In this document: positions 26,204-36,622 of the stretch, in pieces
Numbering within the stretch: the stretch's first letter is position 1
Layout of the letters: each line of letters starts with the position of its first letter
NCBI RefSeq assembly: GCF_963921235.1
Contig: NC_086097.1
Coordinates: 237,710,001 to 237,774,000 of the forward strand
Source: Mobula hypostoma
Lineage: Eukaryota
Length of the DNA: 64,000 nt
Direction: 5' to 3'
Translations under genes and position numbers: made by a program
Notes under the pieces: model-generated
The model's database searches: none
What the model was told of the DNA's origin: nothing
What the model saw: the letters and a program-made list of their open reading frames with translations, nothing else

Positions 26204-27059
26204 TGTTACGTACCCCGTAACTGGGTTGCCAAACCAGCAGAAATGGATCACTCAGTTGGAGTCTGGAGTACTAGAACTAAGAAAGTTTTATTAAAGAAAC
26301 AAGCAACACAGTAATCGAAAGGATAATAAATGCAACAGTTCAGTGATGATAAACACACATGTGCACAGCATTAAGATAACAGCATCAATCAAGCTCTATC
26401 GTTGTCTAGGGGTAAATGACCAATTTCAAAATGACTCAAAGTTCAGTCCAGTTTGTAGTTCAGTTCGCAGTAATCGTTGCCATGGCGATGGACAAGGTGG
26501 GGGAAGAGAGACAGAATAGGAACAACTGATCATTCAGAACACTGCTTCACTCACAGACCAGCGAGATGGCTCACAAACAGCATTTGGGCGGGTCCTTGGT
26601 GATGTCACCTGAGGTCACCGACTGTGACCCCTCCTCCAGATGCGGTCGATCCTCTGCAGTGAACCCGGCACCCAGGCAAGGGCGGACACACACCGGGTTC
26701 CCGCTGATCGTACCTTTCCACCCTGTGCGTTGTCCGATACTTCTCACCACTCGTGAGAGGCGCACCGCTTCCAGGGTCTCGTTACCTCGGGTGGCGTGTG
26801 TCTGTCTTAGCGAACCTGTCCCTTTTTATCCCCCTGCTGGGGTATCGCCTGTCCATCACTTCAAACAGTTCAGGGTTCAAAGGGGGGAGCCGCTCCAGAC
26901 AGCTCTCCCTCCCACATCCCTTCATTACACATCTCCAGACGCTGCTCCATTGTTCCTTATCTCTCCTTCCCCTGAGGGCAGGTGGCAGACCAACTGCTGA
27001 TGCCACTGATGCTAGCCCAGGCCAGCAAACATCTTAATTTTATGTGTATTCTCGTAACA
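26204..27059 (-). repeat. 3' LTR (856 bp)
   Basis: Direct repeat of 30258-31113 (offset 4054; the ORF track is identical). Minus-strand AATAAA at 26287-26292; TATA-like GATAAAAAG near 26822-26830. Confidence 0.97.
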
Positions 27060-27072
27060 CTTCCCCCCTTTA
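27060..27072 (-). promoter_or_regulatory. Polypurine tract
   Basis: Minus-strand TAAAGGGGGGAAG immediately before the 3' LTR. Confidence 0.9.
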
Positions 27073-27184
27073 AGGATTTTTACCGGGAGGTAAAAATTAC
27101 AAACATGACTACATTATCTGATACATACACAATATACATCTTTAACAGTTATTTAGCTAATACAGAGAATTTGAAGCTGTCAAC

Positions 27185-27714
27185 ACCTTGACAGACAGTC
27201 ATCACATTTTCTGTTCCTTTTACACGTGTTATTAATAATCCCTTAGACCAGGCTCCAACTCAGCAAACTTCAGAGTGGCCAAAAACACTGATGAATTGCG
27301 ACCAATGTAACCTCTCATTTGGTTTTGTCCCGGACCGCAACAACAAGGGTCGTCCCATTCCGACTCAGTTTTCTCTCGCAAGGGCTTAGTAGGAGGGGGA
27401 CGGGTATTGACCGCAGAGTTATTGCAAAACTTCCTGCAGTACCCCACCATCTCCAAGAGCCTTCTGAGGGCCCTCTTGTCTGTCGGGGTTGGGAGGTCAG
27501 CGATAGCCTGCACTGTAGCTTGCATCACTGCCAGCTGCCCCTGTGTCACCACAATTCCCAGGTAAGTGACCTTCGTGTGGCCGAATTAATTTTTTTCAAG
27601 GTTCACTATCAAGCTGGCTTCAGACAGCCGTGTTAAATTGCCAATACACACCTCTGTGTTCATCAGCCCTTTAGTCACTGAATTACTCAAAAAATATGGG
27701 TGTTGTTTACTTGG
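27185..27714 (-). pseudogene. pol: Deleted RT/RNase H remnant
   Basis: PSKQHPY; NTEVCIGNL (YxDD position lost); LSEASLIVNLEK..FGHTKVTYLG; PTPTDKRALRRLLEMVGYCRKF; VKGTENV near the PPT. Confidence 0.85.
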
Positions 27715-30159
27715 CTACCCTATTGTAACCACAATCGCCCAACGTCCCAGTTCTTTGCATTTCCTCGGGACAATCAAACACATGGGTGCGAGTCGTTTAA
27801 TTACTCCTTCGGGGATTAAGGGAGAGACCTTATCAGTAGACCTGGCCAAAACAATAGCCTTCTCCCATCTGACCGATCCCATCCTAATCTTTTCAAAATG
27901 GTTCTTTTCTCTTAACAGGGGGCCCCTAGCTTCATTGATTTCCACGCTAACACCGACTAGGTTTGTTAGCATATCAAAAGCCGGTGACCGTCTCAGTTCG
28001 CGTCGGTCATGATCAATAACATTCTTCCCCCTGGGCAGCCGGTAACTCTCTTTCATGATTCCACCAACTGTTTCCTCCAGCACCGCAAAATGTCCACCGG
28101 GGGGTACCTCGTGGGCCATGTTAAAAACCTCATCCCCATAACTCTTTTGCACCACCCCCCACTCCTCATCTGCGGATGCTGTACTTGATTTCCCTTTCTT
28201 CCTTAGCACTTCCTCATCCGCACAATAGCCTACTAGTTCCCTTGTCAAGGCTGTGTCAGAGAGAGCTGTCTCGGCAAAAACCATCAGCCCCTCGTCTCGC
28301 TCCTGCGTCTGCACAAATTCTTTCCTGGCTACTGCTACGTCCGTCCCAGCTCCCTCACTACCTCTTATCTCACTACACCCTGTCTCATACAAGGTTGGCA
28401 GAAATGTTTCAGCCAAATTCACCATCGCGGGCGGGGCCTCCATGCTGGCAGGCTGACCCGTCAATCTCACAACTGGGAACACGATTCCTCCGGCGATGTC
28501 ATTACCGAGCAAGACTTCCACGTCTTTCATCGGTAATTCGGACCTCACCCCGATCGTGACTAGTCCAGAGACCAGGTTGCTCTGTAAATGTATCTGGTGC
28601 AAAGGGACTAACTCTGTCCCTTCCCCAACACCTTTGACCTCTACCTCCCCAGTCTGGGTCTCTGGGCTAAACTCTAATACACTCTTCAGTATTAGTGACT
28701 GACACGCTCCCGTGTCTCTCCAGATCCGCACTGGAACTGGTTTTAACCTCTCCTTCACTGACACCAGTCCGGCCGAGATAAACCTCTCGCGCCCTTCCTG
28801 GACTTTTTCAGACCTGTCCTTCCCTAGCGGTTCGCTTAACAGCTCAATACAGCCATTCAAAATTTCCGCTTTTCCTTTCCCCGTCTCCTTCCTTGGGGCA
28901 AAGCACCTGGACGCAAAGTGTCCGACTTTCCCACAATTATAACAGACGACCCCAGGAGACTTCCTACCAGACTGCTCCCGGTCTACCTTATCCTTTTCAC
29001 TAGTCCCCGGCTTACTTTCTGACTTTTCCGGTGGACTCTCCCCGCCGTCCTGACTACCCTTCTGGTAGCCTTTACTCGGGGCAACCTTCATTTTATGCGT
29101 CAACGCATACTCATCCGCTAACTTAGCAGTTGCGGCTAACATGGCTGCCTCTTTCTCATCGAGGTAGGGTCTCATACCCTCAGGGACACAACCTTTAAAC
29201 TGCTCAATCAGGATCAGCTGTAGCAGTCTGTCATAATCCCCCTCTACCCCCTTCGAGGCGCACCAACGCTCACAATATGTTTGCATCTCACGAGCAAACT
29301 TCAAATACCTGCGGTCCCACCGCTTCCTCGCATTCCGGAACCTCTGCCGGTATGCCTCCGGGACCAACTCATAAATCCTGAGGATGGCCTCCTTCACCAC
29401 CTCATACTTCTGGGCATCTTCCGCGGATAAAGCGGAGTAAGCTTGTTGGGCCTTCCCTTTCAGTACACTCTGAAGTAAGACAACCCACTTATCCCTCGGC
29501 CATTCCTGACTTATAGCCACCTTTTCGAAGTGGAGAAAGTACCGATCCACATCGGTATCGTCAAATGGGGGAACCAGCCTAACCTCCTGGGTCGCCCGGA
29601 ACCCTCCACCTTGGTTCGGCACGAGCCCCTGCTCGGCCCTTATCTTTAACTTCTCCAGCTCAAATTCCCTTTCCCTCTGTTTCTCCTCTCTCTCCAACTG
29701 TCTTTCTCTCTCTTGCCTTTCTACCTCTTTCTCTCTCTCCCGCCTTTCTAACTCTCTCTCTTTCTCCCGCCTTTCTAACTCTCTCTCTCTCTCCTGCCTT
29801 TCTAACTCTCTCTCTTTCTCCTGCCTTTCTAACTCTCTCTCTTTCTCCTGCCTTTCTAACTGCTTCTCTTCGTGTTCTAACTGCCGTACCCGGAACTCGT
29901 GCTCGAGTCTCAGTTTTTCAAGCTGTACCTGTACCGCGTCTCCAGCAGGTTTTTCAATAGACACCACCCCCAGCTCACCTTGGGGAAACACACCTTTAGA
30001 TACATAGTGCTCTACAATAGCTCTGTGTATCTCCTCTCTCCTCATTGTCGACTTCACCTTGGCAAGATTCACCCATTTGGCCACAGCTATCAATTCCGAT
30101 TTCCTGGCATCCTCTAATGCCTCCAAGGTCGGCGCCTTTATAAATTCCTCAACCTCCAT
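27715..30159 (-). CDS. gag: 814-aa Gag (E/R/K repeat, SCAN-like capsid, CCHC knuckle) + aspartic protease + truncated integrase N-terminus
   Basis: YEVVKEAILRIYELVPEAYRQRFR and LIEQFK...AKLADEY; CYNCGKVGHFASRC (28903-28944); RDTGA (D codon onward 28705-28716) with LLGND; AHEVPPGGHF (28088-28117). Confidence 0.92.
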   Translation of the reverse strand: MEVEEFIKAPTLEALEDARKSELIAVAKWVNLAKVKSTMRREEIHRAIVEHYVSKGVFPQGELGVVSIEKPAGDAVQVQLEKLRLEHEFRVRQLEHEEKQLERQEKERELERQEKERELERQERERELERREKERELERREREKEVERQERERQLEREEKQREREFELEKLKIRAEQGLVPNQGGGFRATQEVRLVPPFDDTDVDRYFLHFEKVAISQEWPRDKWVVLLQSVLKGKAQQAYSALSAEDAQKYEVVKEAILRIYELVPEAYRQRFRNARKRWDRRYLKFAREMQTYCERWCASKGVEGDYDRLLQLILIEQFKGCVPEGMRPYLDEKEAAMLAATAKLADEYALTHKMKVAPSKGYQKGSQDGGESPPEKSESKPGTSEKDKVDREQSGRKSPGVVCYNCGKVGHFASRCFAPRKETGKGKAEILNGCIELLSEPLGKDRSEKVQEGRERFISAGLVSVKERLKPVPVRIWRDTGACQSLILKSVLEFSPETQTGEVEVKGVGEGTELVPLHQIHLQSNLVSGLVTIGVRSELPMKDVEVLLGNDIAGGIVFPVVRLTGQPASMEAPPAMVNLAETFLPTLYETGCSEIRGSEGAGTDVAVARKEFVQTQERDEGLMVFAETALSDTALTRELVGYCADEEVLRKKGKSSTASADEEWGVVQKSYGDEVFNMAHEVPPGGHFAVLEETVGGIMKESYRLPRGKNVIDHDRRELRRSPAFDMLTNLVGVSVEINEARGPLLREKNHFEKIRMGSVRWEKAIVLARSTDKVSPLIPEGVIKRLAPMCLIVPRKCKELGRWAIVVTIG
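29680..29882 (-). repeat. 27-nt coding tandem repeat (RQEKERELE-like, about 7 units)
   Basis: Plus-strand unit ctttctaactctctctctttctcctgc repeated with variants. Confidence 0.9.
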
Positions 30160-30235
30160 TTCTGCTGTTTGTCTTTTCTTTCTTTCGGGAATTTTAACCC
30201 AATCAATTTACTCCGTCCCAAATTTAGCGTTCAAA

Positions 30236-30253
30236 ATCCCGGACGAGCCCCCA
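30236..30253 (-). promoter_or_regulatory. Primer-binding site for tRNA-Pro
   Basis: Minus-strand TGGGGGCTCGTCCGGGAT, the 18-nt complement of the vertebrate tRNA-Pro 3' end (same as the MLV PBS), 4 nt from the 5' LTR. Confidence 0.95.
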
Positions 30254-30257
30254 CTTA

Positions 30258-31113
30258 TGTTACGTACCCCGTAACTGGGTTGCCAAACCAGCAGAAATGG
30301 ATCACTCAGTTGGAGTCTGGAGTACTAGAACTAAGAAAGTTTTATTAAAGAAACAAGCAACACAGTAATCGAAAGGATAATAAATGCAACAGTTCAGTGA
30401 TGATAAACACACATGTGCACAGCATTAAGATAACAGCATCAATCAAGCTCTATCGTTGTCTAGGGGTAAATGACCAATTTCAAAATGACTCAAAGTTCAG
30501 TCCAGTTTGTAGTTCAGTTCGCAGTAATCGTTGCCATGGCGATGGACAAGGTGGGGGAAGAGAGACAGAATAGGAACAACTGATCATTCAGAACACTGCT
30601 TCACTCACAGACCAGCGAGATGGCTCACAAACAGCATTTGGGCGGGTCCTTGGTGATGTCACCTGAGGTCACCGACTGTGACCCCTCCTCCAGATGCGGT
30701 CGATCCTCTGCAGTGAACCCGGCACCCAGGCAAGGGCGGACACACACCGGGTTCCCGCTGATCGTACCTTTCCACCCTGTGCGTTGTCCGATACTTCTCA
30801 CCACTCGTGAGAGGCGCACCGCTTCCAGGGTCTCGTTACCTCGGGTGGCGTGTGTCTGTCTTAGCGAACCTGTCCCTTTTTATCCCCCTGCTGGGGTATC
30901 GCCTGTCCATCACTTCAAACAGTTCAGGGTTCAAAGGGGGGAGCCGCTCCAGACAGCTCTCCCTCCCACATCCCTTCATTACACATCTCCAGACGCTGCT
31001 CCATTGTTCCTTATCTCTCCTTCCCCTGAGGGCAGGTGGCAGACCAACTGCTGATGCCACTGATGCTAGCCCAGGCCAGCAAACATCTTAATTTTATGTG
31101 TATTCTCGTAACA
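30258..31113 (-). repeat. 5' LTR (856 bp)
   Basis: Direct repeat of 26204-27059. Confidence 0.97.
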
Positions 31114-32108
31114 GTATTCTCTGCACCCTTTCTATAGTTTCCACATCCTTCCTGTAGTGAGGTGACCAAAACTGAGCACAGTACTCCAAGTGGGGTCTGA
31201 CCAGGGTCCTATATATCTGTAACATTACCTCTCTGCTCTTAAACTCAATCCCACAGTTGATGAAAGCCAATGCTCCATATGCCTTCTTAACCACAGAGTC
31301 AACCTGCACAGTCCTATGGACTCGAACCTCAAGATCCCTCTGATCCTCCACACTGCCAAGAACTTTATCATTAATGCTATATTCTGCCATCATATTTAAC
31401 CAACCAGAATGAACCATCTCACACTTATCTGAGTTGAACTCCATCTGCCACTTCCCAGCCCAGTTTTGCGTCCTATCAATGTCCCGTTATAACCTCTGAC
31501 AGCCTTCCACAATATCCATGACACTCCCAACCTTTGTGTCATCAGCAAATTTACTAACCCATCCTCTACTTCCTCATCCAGGTCATTTATAAAAATTACG
31601 AAGAGTAAGGGTCCCAGAAAAGATCCCTGAGGCACACAACTGGTCACTGACATCCTTGCAGAATATGACCCGTCTACAACCGCTCTTTGCCTTCTGTGGG
31701 CAAGCCAATTCTGGATCCACAAAGCGAGGTTCCCTTGGAAATCATGCCTCATCACTTTCTCAATAAGCCTTGTATGGGGTACCTTATCAAATGCCTTGCT
31801 GAAATCCATATACATTACATCTGCGGCTCTTCCTTCATCAATGTGTTTAGTCACATCCTCAAAATATTCAATAAGGCTCGTAAGGCACAACCTACCTTTG
31901 ACAAAGCAATGCTGATGATTCCTAATCATATTATGCCTCTCCAAATGTTCATAAATCCTGTCTCTCAGGATCTTTTCCATCAATTTACCAACCACTGTAC
32001 AAGATTCACTGGTCTATAATTTCCTGAGCTCTCTCTACCCCCTTTCTTGAATACGAGAACAACATCTGCAAGCCTCCAATCCTCTGAATCTCCCATCCCC
32101 ATTGATAG

Positions 32109-32980
32109 ACATAGTCATAGTCATAGTCATACTTTATTGATCCCGGGGGAAATTGGTTTTCATTACAGTTGCACCATAAATAATAAATAGTAATAGAACC
32201 ATAAATAGTTAAATACTAATATGTAAATTATGCCAGTAAATTATGAAATAAGTCCAGGACCAGCCTATTGGCTCAGGGTGTCTGACCCTCCAAGGGAGGA
32301 GTTGTAAAGTTTGATGGCCACAGGCAGGAATGACTTTCTATGACGCTCTGTGTTGCATCTCGGTGGAATGAGTCTCTGGCTGAATGTACTCCTGTGCCCA
32401 AACAGTACATTATGTAGTGGATGGGAGACATTGTCCAAGATGGCATGCAACTTGGACAGCATCCTCTTTTCAGACACCACCGTCAGAGAGTCCAGTTCCA
32501 TCCCCACAACATCACTTGCCTTATGAACGAGTCTGTTGATTCTGTTGGTGTCTGCTACCCTCAGCCTGCTGCCCCAACACACAAAGGCAGACATAATAGC
32601 ACTGGCCACCACAGACTTGTAGAACATCCTCAGCATCGTCCGGCAGATGTTAAGGGACCTCAGTCTCCTCAGGAAATAGAGACGGCTCTGACCCTTCTTG
32701 TACACAGCCTCAGTATTCTTTGACCAGTCCAGTTTATTGTCAATTTGTATCCCCAGGTATTTGTAATCCTCCACCATGTCCACACTGACCCCCTGGATGG
32801 AAACAGGGGTCACCTGTACCTTAGCTCTCCTCAGGTCTACCACCAGCTCCTTAGTCTTTTTCACATTAAGTTGCAGATAATTCTGCTCACACCATGTGAC
32901 AAAGTTTCCTACCGGTGCCCTGTACTCAGCCTCATCTCCCTTGCTGATGCATCCAACTATGGCGGAGTCATCCGAAAACT
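32109..32980 (-). mobile_element. 5'-truncated Rex1/Babar LINE with open RT C-terminal frame (32265-32980)
   Basis: FSDDSAIVGCI...KKTKELVVD...YKYLG..IDNKLDW...KKGQSRLYFLRRLRS; (TATGAC)n tail. Confidence 0.92.
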
Positions 32981-34683
32981 CGTTGCCAGTGCTCAGCAAT
33001 CTCCACCCTCGCCTCCCACAGTAGCCTGGGGTACATCTTATCGGGTCTCGGAGACTTATCCAACTTGATGCTCTCCAAAAGCTCCAGCACATGCTCCTTC
33101 CTAATGTCTATATGCTCAAGCTTTTCAATCTGCTGTAAGTCATCCCTACAATCGCCAAGATCCTTTTACATAGTGAACACTAAAGCAAAATCTTCATTAA
33201 GTACCTCTGCTATTTCCTCCCGTTCCATACACACTGTCATACTTGATTGGTCCTATTCTCTCATGTCTTATCCTCTTGCTCTTCACATACTTGTAGAATG
33301 CCTTGGGGTTTTCTTTAATCCTGCTCACCAAGGGCTTCTCATGGCCCCTTCTGGCTGTCCTAATTTCATTCTTAAGCTCCTTCCTGCTAGCCTTATAATC
33401 TTCTCGATCTCTATCATTGTCTAGTGTTTTGAAACTTTCGTAAGCTTTTATTTTCTTCTTGACTTGATTTTCAACAGCCTTTGTACACCACGGTTCCTGT
33501 ATCCTACTATCCTTTCCCTGTCATTGGAATGTACCTATGCAGAACACCATGCGAATAGCCCCTGAACATTTGCCAGATTTCTGCCGTACACTTCCCTGAG
33601 AACATCTGTTCCCAATTTATGCTTCCAAGTTCCTGCCTGATAGCTTCATATTTCCCCTTACTCCAATTAAACACTTTCCTAACTTGTCTGTTCCTATCCC
33701 TCTCCAATGCTATGTAAAGGAGATAGAATTGTGATCACTATCTCCAAAACGCTCTCCCACTGAGAGACCTGACACCTGACCAGGTTCATTTCCCACACCA
33801 GATTAAGTACAGCCTCTCCTCTTGTAAGCATATTGTGTCAGAACACCTTCCTGAATACACCTAATAAACTCCACCTCATCTAAACCCCTTACTCTTGGGA
33901 GATGCAAATCAGTATTTGGGAAATTAAAATCTCCCACCATGACAACCCTGTTATTATTACACCGTTCCAGAATCTGTCTCCCTATCTGCTCCTTGATGTC
34001 TCTGTTACTATTGGGTGGTCTATAAAAACACGCAGTAGAGTAATTGACCCTGTCCTGTTTCTAACTTCCACCCACAGAGACTCAGTAGACAATCCCTCCA
34101 TGACTTCCTCCTTTTCTGTAGCCGTGACATTATCTCTGATCAGCAGTGCCCTGACCCCATCTCTTTTGCCTCCTTCCCTGTCCTTTGTGAAACATATAAA
34201 ACCTGACACTCTAAGTAACCATTCCTGCCCCTGAGCCATCCAAGTCTCTGTAATGGCCACACCATCATAGCTCCAAGTACTGATCCACGCTCTAAGCTCA
34301 TCCTCTTTGTTCACGATGCTTCTTGCATTAAAGTAGACACATCTCACACCAGCGGTCTGAGCGCATCCCTTTTCTATCACCTGCCTATACTTCCTCTCGC
34401 ACTGTCTCCAAGTTTTCTTTATTTATGAGCCAACCGCCCCTTCCTCTGTCTCTTCAATTTGGTTCCCAACCCCCAGAAATTCTAGTTTAAATGTCAAGAA
34501 ATTTATTAACTTTATGGCAGGAGATGGATCAACCATAATGGATCAGCCATAATGAAATTGCAGAGCAGACTTGTTGGTCCCAATGATCTAATTCTGTTCC
34601 TATATCCTATTGTCTTAAGGTCTTATAAATAAATATAGAGAAAAAAATGAATTATATTAAGTATATATGTGAATATTGAATAG

Positions 34684-34932
34684 GATAGGTACGTCGCATC
34701 CGGAGTTTCTCCGGTTAGCAGATGACTTCCCTCCACACCTTTCTGACATAGTGGGGAACAAGTTACAGCAGTGGTTTGCTATTGCCTTCTGCCCCGTGAG
34801 TTTCCAAAGAGATCACCAGCTCGTAACCCAGCACAGATGGAAAGTACGCAAGGGAGCCGGCTGGATTCGAACTCAAGACCTTTAGTCCCGAAGTCCGGCA
34901 CTGATCCCACTACGCCACCAGCTGGGTCTGCC
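34684..34932 (-). mobile_element. tRNA-derived SINE with RTE-like tail
   Basis: A box TGGCGTAGTGG, B box GTTCGAATCC; gaaggcaatagcaaaccac; TSD TATTGAATAG (34674-34683, 34933-34942). Confidence 0.88.
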
Positions 34933-34942
34933 TATTGAATAG

Positions 34943-35268
34943 ATAAGTTAAAACAAACAGTGCAAAAAACACATAAAAAAGTAGTGAAGTAATGTTCATG
35001 GGTTCAATGTCCATTTCCAAATCGTATGGCAGAGGGGAAGAAGCTGTTCCTGAATCACTGAGTGTGTGTTAAATGATGGACACCAACTTCTTAAGGCATT
35101 GCTCCTTGAAGATGTTTTGGTTACTACAGAGACTAGTACCCATGATGTGATGGAGCTGACTAATTTTACAAGTTTCTGCAACTTACATGATCTTATGCTG
35201 TAGCTCACCGCCCCCCGCCCCCATACCAGTCAGTGATGCAACCAGTCAGACTACACTCCATGGTACAA
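34943..35268 (-). mobile_element. Rex1/Babar 3' remnant
   Basis: Similar to 10560-11020. Confidence 0.6.
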
Positions 35269-35929
35269 ATGCACCAGAAGGACTGAAGAAAATGGTTCTC
35301 CAACAACTTCTCAAAGACATTTAAGGTCAGCAATAATACTGGCCTCATCAGCAATCCTCAGGTACAGACAGATGACATAGGTATATAGATGAGAACAAAT
35401 TCATGGATGTCATTCTATGGATTTGTACAACATCCTGGCATAATATGTTCGATTTTGGAAGTTTTAATCTTAATGAAAGAGTGGTGAAGATTCAGTAGAT
35501 TGATTTCTGGGCTAGTGAGTCCTTCTACGTAGTGAGATTCAGGTGAATGGAATAAGAATTTTTTGTAGAAACATAAGAATATGGGCCTTGTGAAATTGTT
35601 GCTGAAAATCCATTTTACCAGACAAAGGAGAAAGGATCCCAAGATAGGGATCCAAAGAATGGGAATATTTTTGGATTTTCTACTCCAGAAAGCAGTAGAT
35701 ATCAGTGGAAGAGTCTGGTTAGTTAGAAAGTGAGAGTGCTGTGATTGTTCAGCAATTACCTCACTAAACAGGAAAGCAAATTACTACTTGTATCTCGAGA
35801 GCAAGATTAATATCACGGGTCAGAAAATTTCTATCCAGGAACATTGACTTTGAAGAAGATCTCTCTCTCTCTCTAATTAAAAGTCATTGACTTGAAGCAT
35901 TTACAAGATCTCTCTCCATAGAAATGAGT

Positions 35930-36622
35930 CACGGAGTCATAGGCAAGTAAGGCACATAAAAAGGCCCTTTAGCCCATCTAGTCTGTGTCGAACCATCAAA
36001 GCTGCCTACTCCCATTGACCTGAACTGGGACCATAGTCCTCCATACCCCTGTCACCCCTGGACCTATCCAAACTTCTCTGAAGCATTGAAATCCAGCTCA
36101 ATTGCACCACTTGTGCTGGCAGCTCATTCCACACTCTCACGACCCTCTGAGTGAAGAAAATTCCCCTTAAACTTAGAAACATAGAAAACCTACAGCACAA
36201 TACAGGCCCTTCAGCCCACAAAGTTGTGCCGAACATGTCCCTACCTTAGAAATTACTAGGGTTACCCATAGCCCTGTATTTTTCTAAGCTCCATGTACCT
36301 ATCTCTTAAAAGACCCTATCATATCCGCCTCCACCACTATTGCCAGCAGCCTATTCCACACAAACACCGCTCTCTGTGTAAAAGAAATTACCCTTGACAT
36401 CTCCTCTGTACTTACTCCCAAGCACCTTAAACCTGCGCCTGCTTGTGGTAGCCATTTCAGCCTTGGGAAAAAGCCTCTGACTGTCCACAAGATCAATGCC
36501 TCTCATCATCTTATACACCTCTATCAGGTCACCTCTCATTCTCCGTCACTCTAAGGAGAAAAGTCCGAGTTCCCTCAACCTGTTTTCATTAGGCATGCTC
36601 CCCAATCCAGGCAACATCCTTG
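35930..36622 (-). mobile_element. Two adjacent CR1 3' ends
   Basis: FFTQRVVRVWNELP; MRGDLIEVYKMMRGID. Confidence 0.85.

Larger units (their letters stand above)
26204..31113 (-). mobile_element. Gmr1-like Ty3/gypsy LTR retrotransposon, non-autonomous, very young
   Basis: 856-bp LTRs (TGTTACG...CGTAACA) at 26204-27059 and 30258-31113 with no differences seen; TSD GTAT at 26200-26203 and 31114-31117; PBS; PPT; remnant order PR-INT-RT-RH. Confidence 0.95.
25727..34490 (-). mobile_element. Near full-length decayed CR1 ORF2 (APE + RT), split by the LTR element and a Rex1 copy
   Basis: APE: YFNARSIVNK..ELRAW, VAITETW (33982-34380). RT: YMDFSKAFDKVPH, VPQGS.LGPLLF (31396-31995). 3' tail at about 25727. 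The sequence is continuous across both insertions. Confidence 0.92.

Noticed and set aside
26566..27037. Duplicated 144/94/74/64-aa ORFs (also at 30620-31091)
   Set aside because: They are identical only because they lie in the two LTRs; there is no protein motif.
29680..29882. CRISPR-like array
   Set aside because: Head-to-tail coding repeat with no unique spacers, in a eukaryotic context.
26204..31113. Endogenous gammaretrovirus, suggested by the MLV-identical tRNA-Pro PBS
   Set aside because: No env; the Gag and pol remnants and the INT-before-RT order are Gmr1 gypsy-type.
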